Positions 13,590 through 27,500 of a stretch of DNA of 64,000 nucleotides are shown piece by piece (positions within the stretch are counted from its first letter, which is position 1; each line of letters begins with the position of its first letter). The position numbers and the translations under genes are program-made. The notes below the pieces were generated by a model that saw only the letters and a list, made by a program, of their open reading frames with translations, was not told the DNA's origin and ran no database searches. Origin of the DNA: Eledone cirrhosa (lineage: Eukaryota); assembly GCA_964016885.1 (NCBI GenBank), contig OZ024744.1, positions 6,820,001-6,884,000 of the forward strand, in the 5' to 3' direction.

Positions 13590-16500
13590 TGATGTAGGTG
13601 TGGTGCAGTAACGGTTATGTCTACTGCAATATTGCACTGATGTAGGTGTGGTGCAGTAACGGTTATGTCTACTGCAGTATTGCACTGATGTAGGTGTGGT
13701 GCAGTAACGGTTATGTCTTCTGAAGTATTGCACTGATGTAGGTGTGGTGCTGTAACGGTTATGTCTACTGCAGTATTGCACTGAGGTAGGTGTGGTGCTG
13801 TAACGGGTATGTCTACTGTAGTACTGCACTGAGGTAATTGTGGTGCAGTACCGGTTATGTCTACTGTAGTATTGCACTGATGTAGGTGTGGTGCAGTAAC
13901 GGTTATGACTACTGCAGTATTGCACTGAGGTAGGTTTGGTGCAGTAACGGTTATGTCTACTGCAGTATTGTACTGATGTAGGTGTGGTGCAGTAACGATT
14001 ATGTCTACTGCAGTATTGCACTGAGGTAGGCGTGGTGCAGTACCGGTTATGTCTACTGCAGTATTGCACTGATGTAGGTGTGGTGCAGTAACGGTTATTT
14101 CTACTGCAGTATTGCACTAAGTTATGTGTGGTGCAGTATCGGTTATGTCTACAGCAGTATTGCATTGAGGTAGGTGAGGTGCAGTAATGGTTATGTCTAC
14201 AGCAGTATTGCACTGAGGTAGGTGTGGTGCAGTAACGGTTATGTATACTCCAGTATTGCACTGATGTAGGTGTGGTGCAGTAACGGGTATGTCTACTGCA
14301 GTATTGCACTGATGTAGGTGTGGTGCAGTAACGGTAATGTCTACTGCAGTATTGCACTGAGGTAGGTGTGGTGCAGTACCGGTTATGTCTACTGCAGTAT
14401 TGCACTGATGTAGGTGTGGTGCAGTAACGGTTATTTCTACTGCAGTATTGCACTGATGTAGGTGTGGTGCAGTAACGGTTATGTCTACTTGAAGTATTGC
14501 ACTGATGTAGGTGTGGTGCAGTAACAGTTATGTCTACTGCAGTATTGAACTGATGTAGGTGTGGTGGAATAACGGTTGTCTACTGCAGTATTGCACTGAG
14601 TTAGGTGTGGTGCAGTAGCGGTATGTCTACTGCAGTATTGCACTGATGTAGGTGTGGTGCATTAACGCTTATGTCTACTGCAGTATTGCATTGATGTAGG
14701 CGTGGTGCAGTAACGGTTATGTCTACTGCAGTATTGCACTGATATAGGCGTGGTGCAGTAACGGTTATGTCTACTGCAGTATTGCACTGATGTAGGCGTG
14801 GTGCAGTAACGGTTATGTCTACTGCAGTATTGCACTGATTAGGTGTGGTGCAGTAACGGTTATTGCTACTGCAGTATTGCACAGATGTAGGTGTGGTGCA
14901 TTAACGCTTATGTCTACTGCAGTATTGCACTGAGGTAGGTGTGGTGCAGTAACCGTTATGTCTACTGCAGTATTGCACTGAGGTAGGTGTGGTGCAGTAA
15001 CGGTTATGTCTACCGCAGTATTGCACTATTGTAGGTGTGGTGCAGTAACGTTTATGTCTACTGCAATATTGCACTGATATAGGTGTGGTGCAGTAACGGT
15101 TATGTCTACTGCAGTATTGCACTGAGATAGGTGTGGTGCAGTAACCGTTATGTTTACTGCAGTATTGCACTGATGTAGGTGTGGTGCAGTAACAGTTATG
15201 TCTACTGCAGTATTGCACTAAGGTAGGTGTGGTGCAGTAACGGTTATGTCTAATGCAGTATTGAACTGAGGTAGGTGTGGTGCAGTAACGGTTATTTCTA
15301 CTGCAGTATTGCACTATTGTAGGTGTAGTGCAGTAACGGTTATGTCTACTGCAGTATTGCACTGATGTAGGTGTGGTGCAGTAACGGTTATGTCTACTGC
15401 AATATTGCACTGATGTAGGTGTGGTGCAGTAACGGTTATGTCTACTGCAGTATTGCACTGATGTAGGTGTGGTGCAGTAACGGTTATGTCTTCTGAAGTA
15501 TTGCACTGATGTAGGTGTGGTGCTGTAACGGTTATGTCTACTGCAGTATTGTACTGAGTTAGGTGTGGTGCTGTAACGGGTATGTCTACTGCAGTATTGC
15601 ACTGAGGTAATTGTGGTGCAGTACCGGTTATGTCTACTGTAGTATTGCACTGATATAGGTGTGGTGCAGTAACGGTTATGTCTACTGCAGTATTGCACTG
15701 AGGTAGGTTTGGTGCAGTAACGGTTATGTCTACTGCAGTATTGTACTGATGTAGGTGTGGTGCAGTAACGATTATGTCTACTGCAGTATTGCACTGAGGT
15801 AGGCGTGGTGCAGTACCGGTTATGTCTACTGCAGTATTGCACTGATGTAGGTGTGGTGCAGTAACGGTTATTTCTACTGCAGTATTGCACTAAGTTATGT
15901 GTGGTGCATTATCGGTTATGTCTACAGCAGTATTGCATTGAGGTAGGTGAGGTGCAGTAATGGTTATGTCTACAGCAGTATTGCACTGAGGTAGGTGTGG
16001 TGCAGTAACGGTTATGTATACTCCAGTATTGCACTGAAGTAGGTGTGGTGCAGTATTGGTTATGTCTACAGCAATATTGCACTGATGTAGGTGTGGTGCA
16101 GTAACGGTTATGTCTACTGCAGTATTGCACTGATGTAGGTGTGGTGCAGTAACAGTTATTTCTACTGCAGTATTGCACTGATGTATGTGTGGTGCAGTAA
16201 CGGTTATGTCTACTGCAGTATTGCACTGATGTACGTGTGGTGCAGTAACGGTTATGTCTACTGCAGTATTGCACTGATTAGGTGTGGTGCAGTAACGGTT
16301 ATGTCTACTGCAGTATTGCACTGAGGTAGGTGTCGTGCAGTAACGGTTATGTCTACTGCAGTATTGCACTGAGATAGGTGTGGTGCAGTAACGGTTATGT
16401 CTACTGCAGTATTGCACTGATGTAGGTGTGGTGCAGTAACGGTTATGTCTCCTGCACTATTGCACTGAGGTAGGTGTGGTGCAGTAACGGTTATGTCTAA

Positions 16501-19500
16501 TGCAGTATTGCACTGAGGTAGGTGTGATGCAGTAACGGATATGTCTACTGCAGTATTGCACTGAGGTAGGTGTGGTGCAGTAACGGTTATGCCTACTACA
16601 ATATTGCACTGATGTAGGTGTGGTGCACTAACGGGTATGTCTCTGCAGTATTACACTGATGTAAGTGTGGTGCAGTAACGGTTATGTCTACTGCAGTATT
16701 GAACTGATGAACGTGTGGTCTAGTAAGGGTTATGTCTACTGCAGTATTGCACTGATGTAGGTGTGGTGCAGTAACGGTCATGTCTACAGCAGTATTGCAC
16801 TGATGTAGGTGTGGTGCAGTAACGGTTATTTCTACTGCAGTATTGCACTGAGGTAAGTGTGGTGCAGTAACGGTTATGTCTACTGCAGTATTGCCCTGAG
16901 CTAGGTGTGGTGCAGTAACGGTTATGTCTACTGCAGTATTGCACTGATGAAGGTGTGGTGCAGTAAAGGTTATTTCTACTGCTGTATTGCACTGAGATAG
17001 GTGTGGTGCAGTAACATTTATGTCTACTGCAGTATTTTACTGAGGTAGGTGTGGTGCAGTAACGATTATGTCTACTGCAGTATTGCACTTATGTAGGCGT
17101 GGTGCAGTAACGATTATGTCTACTGCAGTATTGCACTGAGGCAGGTGTGGTGCAGTAACGGTTATGTCTTCTGCAATATTGCACTGATATAGTTGTGGTG
17201 CAGTAACGGTTATGTCTACTGCAGTATTGCACTGAGATAGGTGTGGTGCAGTAACCGTTATGTTTACTGCAGTATTGCACTTATGTAGGTGTGGTGCAGT
17301 AACAGTTATGTCTACTGCAGTATTGCACTGAGCTAGGTGTAGTGCAGTAACGGTTATGTCTACTGCAGTATTGAACTGAGGTAGGTGTGGTGCAGTAACG
17401 GTTATTTCTACTGCAGTATTGCACTATTGTAGGTGTAGTGCAGTAACGGTTATCTCTACTGCAGTATTGCACTGATGTAGGGGTGGTGCAGTAACGGTTA
17501 TGTCTACTGCAATATTGCACTGATGTAGGTGTGGTGCAGTAACGGTTATGTCTACTGCAGTATTGCACTGATGTAGGTGTGGTACAGTAACGGTTATGTC
17601 TTCTGAAGTATTGCACTGATGTAGGTGTGGTGCAGTAACGGTTATGTCTACTGCAATATTGCACTGATGTAGGTGTGGTGCAGTAACGGTTATGTCTACT
17701 GCAGTATTGCACTGATGTAGGTGTGGTGCAGTAACGGTTATGTCTTCTGAAGTATTACACTGATGTAGGTGTGGTGCTGTAACGGTTATGTCTACTGCAG
17801 TATTGCACTGAGGTAGGTGTGGTGCTGTAACGGGTATGTCTACTGTAGTACTGCACTGAGGTAATTGTGGTGCAGTACCGGTTATGTCTACTGTAGTATT
17901 GCACTGATGTAGGTGTGGTGCAGTAACGGTTATGACTACTGCAGTATTGCACTGAGGTAGGTTTGGTGCAGTAACGGTTATGTCTACTGCAGTATTGTAC
18001 TGATGTAGGTGTGGTGCAGTAACGATTATGTCTACTGCAGTATTGCACTGAGGTAGGCGTGGTGCAGTACCGGTTATGTCTACTGCAGTATTGCACTGAT
18101 GTAGGTGTGGTGCAGTAACGGTTATTTCTACTGCAGTATTGCACTAAGTTATGTGTGGTGCAGTATCGGTTATGTCTACAGCAGTATTGCATTGAGGTAG
18201 GTGAGGTGCAGTAATGGTTATGTCTACAGCAGTATTGCACTGAGGTATGTGTGGTGCAGTAACGGTTATGTATACTCCAGTATTGCACTGATGTAGGTGT
18301 GGTGCAGTAACGGGTATGTCTACTGCAGTATTGCACTGATGTAGGTGTGGTGCAGTAACGGTAATGTCTACTGCAGTATTGCACTGAGGTAGGTGTGGTG
18401 CAGTACCGGTTATGTCTACTGCAGTATTGCACTGATGTAGGTGTGGTGCAGTAACGGTTATTTCTACTGCAGTATTGCACTGATGTAGGTGTGGTGCAGT
18501 AACGGTTATGTCTACTTGAAGTATTGCACTGATGTAGGTGTGGTGCAGTAACAGTTATGTCTACTGCAGTATTGAACTGATGTAGGTGTGGTGGAATAAG
18601 GGTTGTCTACTGCAGTATTGCACTGAGTTAGGTGTGGTGCAGTAGCGGTATGTCTACTGCAGTATTGCACTGATGTAGGTGTGGTGCATTAACGCTTATG
18701 TCTACTGCAGTATTGCATTGATGTAGGCGTGGTGCAGTAACGGTTATGTCTACTGCAGTATTGCACTGATATAGGCGTGGTGCAGTAACGGTTATGTCTA
18801 CTGCAGTATTGCACTGATGTAGGCGTGGTGCAGTAACGGTTATGTCTACTGCAGTATTGCACTGATAAGGTGTGGTGCAGTAACGGTTATTGCTACTGCA
18901 GTATTGCACAGATGTAGGTGTGGTGCATTAACGCTTATGTCTACTGCAGTATTGCACTGAGGTAGGTGTGGTGCAGTAACCGTTATGTCTACTGCAGTAT
19001 TGCACTGAGGTAGGTGTGGTGCAGTAACGGTTATGTCTACCGCAGTATTGCACTATTGTAGGTGTGGTGCAGTAACGTTTATGTCTACTGCAATATTGCA
19101 CTGATATAGGTGTGGTGCAGTAACGGTTATGTCTACTGCAGTATTGCACTGAGATAGGTGTGGTGCAGTAACCGTTATGTTTACTGCAGTATTGCACTGA
19201 TGTAGGTGTGGTGCAGTAACAGTTATGTCTACTGCAGTATTGCACTAAGGTAGGTGTGGTGCAGTAACGGTTATGTCTAATGCAGTATTGAACTGAGGTA
19301 GGTGTGGTGCAGTAACGGTTATTTCTACTGCAGTATTGCACTATTGTAGGTGTAGTGCAGTAACGGTTATGTCTACTGCAGTATTGCACTGATGTAGGTG
19401 TGGTGCAGTAACGGTTATGTCTACTGCAATATTGCACTGATGTAGGTGTGGTGCAGTAACGGTTATGTCTACTGCAGTATTGCACTGATGTAGGTGTGGT

Positions 19501-21550
19501 GCAGTAACGGTTATGTCTTCTGAAGTATTGCACTGATGTAGGTGTGGTGCTGTAACGGTTATGTCTACTGCAGTATTGCACTGAGTTAGGTGTGGTGCTG
19601 TAACGGGTATGTCTACTGCAGTATTGCACTGAGGTAATTGTGGTGCAGTACCGGTTATGTCTACTGTAGTATTGCACTGATGTAGGTGTGGTGCAGTAAC
19701 GGTTATGTCTACTGCAGTATTGCACTGAGGTAGGTTTGGTGCAGTAACGGTTATGTCTACTGCAGTATTGTACTGATGTAGGTGTGGTGCAGTAACGATT
19801 ATGTCTACTGCAGTATTGCACTGAAGTAGGCGTGGTGCAGTACCGGTTATGTCTACTGCAGTATTGCACTGATGTAGGTGTGGTGCAGTAACGGTTATTT
19901 CTACTGCAGTATTGCACTAAGTTATGTGTGGTGCATTATCGGTTATGTCTACAGCAGTATTGCATTGAGGTAGGTGAGGTGCAGTAATGGTTATGTCTAC
20001 AGCAGTATTGCACTGAGGTAGGTGTGGTGCAGTAACGGTTATGTATACTCCAGTATTGCACTGAAGTAGGTGTGGTGCAGTAACGGGTATGTCTACTGCA
20101 GTATTGCACTGATGTAGGTGTGGTGCAGTAACAGTTATTTCTACTGCAGTATTGCACTGATGTATGTGTGGTGCAGTAACGGTTATGTCTACTGCAGTAT
20201 TGCACTGATGTACGTGTGGTGCAGTAACGGTTATGTCTACTGCAGTATTGCACTGATTAGGTGTGGTGCAGTAACGGTTATGTCTACTGCAGTATTGCAC
20301 TGAGGTAGGTGTCGTGCAGTAACGGTTATGTCTACTGCAGTATTGCACTGAGATAGGTGTGGTGCAGTAACGGTTATGTCTACTGCAGTATTGCACTGAT
20401 GTAGGTGTGGTGCAGTAACGGTTATGTCTCCTGCACTATTGCACTGAGGTAGGTGTGGTGCAGTAACGGTTATGTCTAATGCAGTATTGCACTGAGGTAG
20501 GTGTGATGCAGTAACGGATATGTCTACTGCAGTATTGCACTGAGGTAGGTGTGGTGCAGTAACGGTTATGCCTACTACAATATTGCACTGATGTAGGTGT
20601 GGTGCACTAACGGGTATGTCTCTGCAGTATTACACTGATGTAAGTGTGGTGCAGTAACGGTTATGTCTACTGCAGTATTGAACTGATGAAGGTGTGGTCT
20701 AGTAAGGGTTATGTCTACTGCAGTATTGCACTGATGTAGGTGTGGTGCAGTAACGGTCATGTCTACAGCAGTATTGCACTGATGTAGGTGTGGTGCAGTA
20801 ACGGTTATTTCTACTGCAGTATTGCACTGAGGTAAGTGTGGTGCAGTAACGGTTATGTCTACTGCAGTATTGCCCTGAGCTAGGTGTGGTGCAGTAACGG
20901 TTATGTCTACTGCAGTATTGCACTGATGAAGGTGTGGTGCAGTAAAGGTTATTTCTACTGCTGTATTGCACTGAGATAGGTGTGGTGCAGTAACATTTAT
21001 GTCTACTGCAGTATTTTACTGAGGTAGGTGTGGTGCAGTAACGGTTATGTCTACTGCAGTATTGCACTGATGTAGGCGTGGTGCAGTAACGATTATGTCT
21101 ACTGCAGTATTGCACTGAGGCAGGTGTGGTGCAGTAACGGTTATGTCTTCTGCAATATTGCACTGATATAGTTGTGGTGCAGTAACGGTTATGTCTACTG
21201 CAGTATTGCACTGAGATAGGTGTGGTGCAGTAACCGTTATGTTTACTGCAGTATTGCACTGATGTAGGTGTGGTGCAGTAACGGTTATGTCTACTGCAGT
21301 ATTGAACTGAGGTAGGTGTGGTGCAGTAACGGTTATTTCTACTGCAGTATTGCACTATTGTAGGTGTAGTGCAGTAACGGTTATCTCTACTGCAGTATTG
21401 CACTGATGTAGGTGTGGTGCAGTAACGGTTATGTCTACTGCAATATTGCACTGATGTAGGTGTGGTGCAGTAACGGTTATGTCTACTGCAGTATTGCACT
21501 GATGTAGGTGTGGTACAGTAACGGTTATGTCTTCTGAAGTATTGCACTGA
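13590..21550. repeat. Tandem duplication of a ~4.0-kb (84-monomer) block; copies ~13590-17616 and ~17617-21550
   Basis: The offset is 4027 for markers 14453/18480, 14601/18628, 14901/18928 and 15890/19917. It falls to 3979 (16596/20575) and then 3931 (17601/21532) through two single-monomer differences. The copies share rare variants GTAGTACTGCAC, TTATGACTAC and the 46-bp CGGTTGTC monomer. Confidence 0.9.
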
Positions 21551-24500
21551 TGTAGGTGTGGTGCTGTAACGGTTATGTCTACTGCAGTATTGCACTGAGG
21601 TATGTGTGGTGCTGTAACGGTTATGTCTACTGCAGTATTGCACTGAGGTAGGTGTGGCGCAGTAACGGCTATGTCCACTGCAGTATTGCACTGATGTAGG
21701 TGTGGTGCAGTAACGGTTATTTCTACTGCATTATTGCACTGATGTAGGTGTGGTGCAGTAACGGTTATTTCTACTGCATTATTGCACTGATGTAGGTGTG
21801 GTGCAGTAACGGTTAGGTCTACTGCAGTATTGCACTGAGGTAGGTGTGGTGCAGTAACGGTTATGTCTACTGTAGTATTGCACTGAGGTATGTGTGGTGC
21901 AGTAACGGTTATGTCTACTGCAGTATTTCACTGATGTAGGTGTGATGCCGTAATGGTTAAGTCTACTGCAGTATTGCACTGAAATATGTGTTGTGCAGTA
22001 CCGGTTATGTCTACTGCAGTCTTGCACTGAGATAAATGCGGTGCAGTAACGGTTATGTCTACTGCAGTATTTCACTGATGAAGGTGTGGTGCTGTAACAG
22101 TTATGTCTACTGCAGTATTGCACTGAAGTAGGTGTGGTGCAGTAACGGTTATGTCTACTGCAGTATTGCACTGATGTAGGTGTGGTGCAGTAACGGTTAT
22201 GTCTACTGCAGTATTGCACTGATGAAGGTGTGGTGCAGTAACGGTTATGTCTACTGCAGTATTGCACTGATGTATGCGTGGTGTAGTAACGGTCATGTCT
22301 ACAGCAGTATTGCACTGATGTAGGTGTGGTGCAGTAACGGTTATTTCTACTGCAGTATTACACTGAGGTAGGTGTGATGTAGTAACGGGTATGTCTCTGC
22401 AGTATTACACTGATGTAGGTGTGGTGCAGTAACGGTTATGTCTACTGCAGTATTGCACTGATGAAGGTGTGGTCCAGTAACGGTTATATCTACTGCAGTA
22501 ATGCACTGATGTAGGTGTGGTGCAGTAACGGTCATGTCTACAGCAGTATTGCACTGATGTAGGTGTAGTGCAGTAACGGTTATGTCTACTGCAGTATTGC
22601 ACTGATGAAGGTGTGGTGCAGTAACGGTTATGTCTACTGCAGTATTGCACTGATGAAGGTGTGGTGCAGTAACGTTTATGTCTATTGCAGTATTGCACTG
22701 AGGTAGGTGTGGTGCAGTAACGGTTATGTCTACTGCAGTATTGCACTGATGAAGGTGTGGTACAGTAACCGTTATGTCTACTGCAGTATTGCACTGATGT
22801 AGGTGTGGTGGAGTAACAGTTATGTCTACTGCAGTATTGCACTGAGTTAGGTGTGGTGCAGTAGCGGTATGTCTATTGCAGTATTGCACTGATGTAGGTG
22901 TGGTGCATTAACGCTCATGTCTACTGCAGTATTGCACTGATGTAGGCATGGTGCAGTAACGGTTATGTCTACTGCAGTATTGCACTGATGTAGGCGTGGT
23001 GCAGTAACGGTTATGTCTACTGCAGTATTGCACTGATGTAGGCGTGGTGCAGTAACGGTTATTTCTACTGCAGTATTGCACTATTGTAGGTGTAGTGCAG
23101 TAACGGTTATGTCTACTGCAGTATTGCACTGATGTAGGTGTGGTGCAGTAACGGTTATGTCTACTGCAATATTGCACTGATGTAGGTGTGGTGCAGTAAC
23201 GGTTATGTCTACTGCAGTATTGCACTGATGTAGGTGTGGTGCAGTAACGGTTATGTCTTCTGAAGTATTGCACTGATGTAGGTGTGGTGCTGTAACGGTT
23301 ATGTCTACTGCAGTATTGCACTGAGGTAGGTGTGGTGCTGTAACGGGTATGTCTACTGCAGTATTGCACTGAGGTAATTGTGGTGCAGTACCGGTTATGT
23401 CTACTGTAGTATTGCACTGATGTAGGTGTGGTGCAGTAACGGTTATGTCTACTGCAGTATTGCACTGAGGTAGGTTTGGTGCAGTAACGGTTATGTCTAC
23501 TGCAGTATTGTACTGATGTAGGTGTGGTGCAGTAACGATTATGTCTACTGCAGTATTGCACTGAGGTAGGCGTGGTGCAGTACCGGTTATGTCTACTGCA
23601 GTATTGCACTGATGTAGGTGTGGTGCAGTAACGGTTATTTCTACTGCAGTATTGCACTAAGTTATGTGTGGTGCAGTATCGGTTATGTCTACAGCAGTAT
23701 TGCACTGAGGTAGGTGAGGTGCAGTATTGGTTATGTCTACAGCAGTATTGCACTGAGGTAGGTGTGGTGCAGTAACGGTTATGTATACTCCAGTATTGCA
23801 CTGATGTAGGTGTGGTGAAGTAACGGGTATGTCTACTGCAGTATTGCACTGATGTAGGTGTGGTGCAGTAACAGTTATTTCTACTGCAGTATTGCACTGA
23901 TGTATGTGTGGTGCAGTAACGGTTATGTCTACTGCAGTATTGCACTGATGTAGGTGGGGTGCAGTAACGGTTATGTCTTCTGAAGTATTGCACTGATGTA
24001 GGTGTGGTGCTGTAACGGTTATGTCTACTGCAGTATTGCACAGAGGTAGGTGTGGTGCTGTAACGGGTATGTCTACTGCAGTATTGCACTGAGGTAATTG
24101 TGGTGCAGTACCGGTTATGTCTACTGTAGTATTGCACTGATGTAGGTGTGGTGCAGTAACGGTTATGTCTACTGCAGTATTGCACTGAGGTAGGTTTGGT
24201 GCAGTAACGGTTATGTCTACTGCAGTATTGTACTGATGTAGGTGTCGTGCAGTAACGATTATGTCTACTGCAGTATTGCACTGAGGTAGGCGTGGTGCAG
24301 TACCGGTTATGTCTACTGCAGTATTGCACTGATGTAGGTGTGGTGCAGTAACGGTTATTTCTACTGCAGTATTGCACTGATGTAGGCGTGGTGCAGAAAC
24401 GGTTATGTCTACTGCAGTATTGCACTGATTAGGTGTGGTGCAGTAACGGTTATTGCTACTGCAGTATTGCACTGAGGTAGGTGTGGTGCAGTAACGGATA

Positions 24501-27500
24501 TGTCTACTGCTGTATTGCACTGACGTACGTGTGGTGCAGTAACGGTTATGTCTACTGCAATATTGCACTGATATAGGTGTAGTGCAGTAACGGTTATTTC
24601 TACTACAGTATTGCACTGAGGTAGGTGTGGTGCAGTAACGGTTATGCCTACTACAATATTGCACTGATGTAGGTGTGGTGCAGTAACGGGTATGTCTCTG
24701 CAGTATTACACTGATGTAAGTGTGGTGCAGTAACGGTTATGTCTACTGCAGTATTGAACTGATGAAGGTGTGGTCTAGTAAGGGTTATGTCTACTGCAGT
24801 ATTGCACTGATGTAGGTGTGGTGCAGTAACGGTCATGTCTACAGCAGTATTGCACTGATGTAGGTGTGGTGCAGTAACGGTTATTTCTACTGCAGTATTG
24901 CACTGAGGTAAGTGTGGTGCAGTAACGGTTATGTCTACTGCAGTATTGCACTGAGCAAGGTGTGGTGCAGTAACGGTTATGTCTACTGCAGTATTGCACT
25001 GATGAAGGTGTGGTGCAGTAAAGGTTATTTCTACTGCTGTATTGCACTGAGATAGGTGTGGTGCAGTAACATTTATGTCTACTGCAGTATGGCACTGAGG
25101 TAGGTGTGGTGCAGTAACGGTTATGTCTACTGCAGTATTGCACTGAGGTAGGTGTGGTGCAGTACCGGTTATGTCTACTGCAGTATTGCACTGATGTAGG
25201 TGTGGTGCAGTAACGGTTATTTCTACTGCAGTATTGCACTGATGTAGGTGTGGTGCAGTAACGGTTATGTATACTTGAAGTATTGCACTGATGTAGGTGT
25301 GGTGCAGTAACAGTTATGTCTACTGCAGTATTGCACTGATGTAGGTGTGGTGGAATAACGGTTATGTCTACTGCAGTATTGCATTGATGTAGGCGTGGTG
25401 CAGTAACGGTTATGTCTACTGCAGTATTGCACTGATATAGGCGTGGTGCAGTAACGGTTATGTCTACTGCAGTATTGCAGTGATGTAGGCGTGGTGCAGT
25501 AACGGTTATGTCTACTGCAGTATTGCACTGATTAGGTGTGGTGCAGTAACGGTTATTGCTACTGCAGTATTGCACTGATGTAGGTGTGGTGCATTAACGC
25601 TTATGTCTACTGCAGTATTGCACTGAGGTAGGTGTGGTGCAGTAACCGTTATGTCTACTGTAGTATTGCACTGAGGTAGGTGTGGTGCAGTAACGGTTAT
25701 GTCTACCGCAGTATTGCACTATTGTAGGTGTGGTGCAGTAACGTTTATGTCTACTGCAGTATTGCACTGATGTAGGTGTGGTGCAGTAACAGTTATGTCT
25801 ACTGCAGTATTGCACTGAGGTAGGTGTGGTGCAGTAACGGTTATGTCTACTGCAGTATTGAACTGAGGTAGGTGTGGTGCAGTAACGGTTATTTCTACTG
25901 CAGTATTGCACTCTTGTAGGTGTAGTGCAGTAACGGTTATGTCTACTGCAGTATTGCACTGATGTAGGTGTGGTGCAGTAACGGTTATGTCTACTGCAAT
26001 ATTGCACTGATGTAGGTGTGGTGCAGTAACGGTTATGTCTAGGGCAGTATTGCACTGATGTAGGTGTGGTGCAGTAACGGTTATGTCTTCTGAAGTATTG
26101 CACTGATGTAGGTGTGGTGCTGTAACGGTTATGTCAACTGCAGTATTGCACTGAGGTAGGTGTGGTGCTGTAACGGGTATGTCTACTGCAGTATTGCACT
26201 GAGGTAATTGTGGTGCAGTACCGGTTATGTCTACTGTAGTATTGCACTGATGTAGGTGTGGTGCAGTAACGGTTATGTCTACTGCAGTATTGCACTGAGG
26301 TAGGTTTGGTGCAGTAACGGTTATGTCTAATGCAGTATTGTACTGATGTAGGTGTGGTGCAGTAACGATTATGTCTACTGCAGTATTGCACTGAGGTAGG
26401 CGTGGTGCAGTACCGGTTATGTCTACTGCAGTATTGCACTTATGTAGGTGTGGTGCAGTAACGGTTATTTCTACTGCAGTATTGCACTAAGTTATGTGTG
26501 GTGCAGTATCGGTTATGTCTACAGCAGTATTGTACTGAGGTAGGTGAGGTGCAGTATTGGTTATGTCTACAGCAGTATTGCACTGAGGTAGGTGTGGTGC
26601 AGTAACGGTTATGTATACTCCAGTATTGCACTGATGTAGGTGTGGTGCAGTAACGGGTATGTCTACTGCAGTATTGCACTGATGTAGGTGTGGTGCAGTA
26701 ACAGTTATTTCTACTGCAGTATTGCACTGATGTATGTGTGGTGCAGTAACGGTTATGTCTACTGCAGTATTGCACTGATATACGTGTGGTGCAGTAACGG
26801 TTATGTCTACTGCAGTATTGCACTGAGGAAGGTGTGGTGCATTAACGGTTATGTCTACTGCAGTATTGCACTGAGGTAGGTGTCGTGCAGTAACGGTTAT
26901 GTCTACTGCAGTATTGCACTGAGATAGGTGTGGTGCAGTAACGGTTATGTCTACTGCAGTATTGCACTGATGTAGGTGTGGTGCAGTAACGGTTATGTCT
27001 CCTGCACTATTGCACTGAGGTAGGTGTGGTGCAGTAACGGTTATGTCTAATGCAGTATTGCACTGAGGTAGGTGTGGTGCAGTAACGGATATGTCTACTG
27101 CAGTATTGCACTGACGTACGTGTGGTGCAGTAACGGTTATGTCTACTGCAATATTGCACTGATATAGGTGTAGTGCAGTAACGGTTATTTCTACTGCAGT
27201 ATTGCACTGAGGTAGGTGTGGTGCAGTAACGGTTATGCCTACTACAATATTGCACTGATGTAGGTGTGGTGCAGTAACGGGTATGTCTCTGCAGTATTAC
27301 ACTGATGTAAGTGTGGTGCAGTAACGGTTATGTCTACTGCAGTATTGAACTGATGAAGGTGTGGTCTAGTAAGGGTTATGTCTACTGCAGTATTGCACTG
27401 ATGTAGGTGTGGTGCAGTAACGGTCATGTCTACAGCAGTATTGCACTGATGTAGGTGTGGTGCAGTAACGGTTATTTCTACTGCAGTAATGCACTGAGGT

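Noticed and set aside
26035-26050. Singleton variants such as TCTAGGGCAG (26041) and the 1-bp deletion near 40128
   Set aside because: They are absent from sister copies and cannot be distinguished from sequencing or consensus errors without reads.
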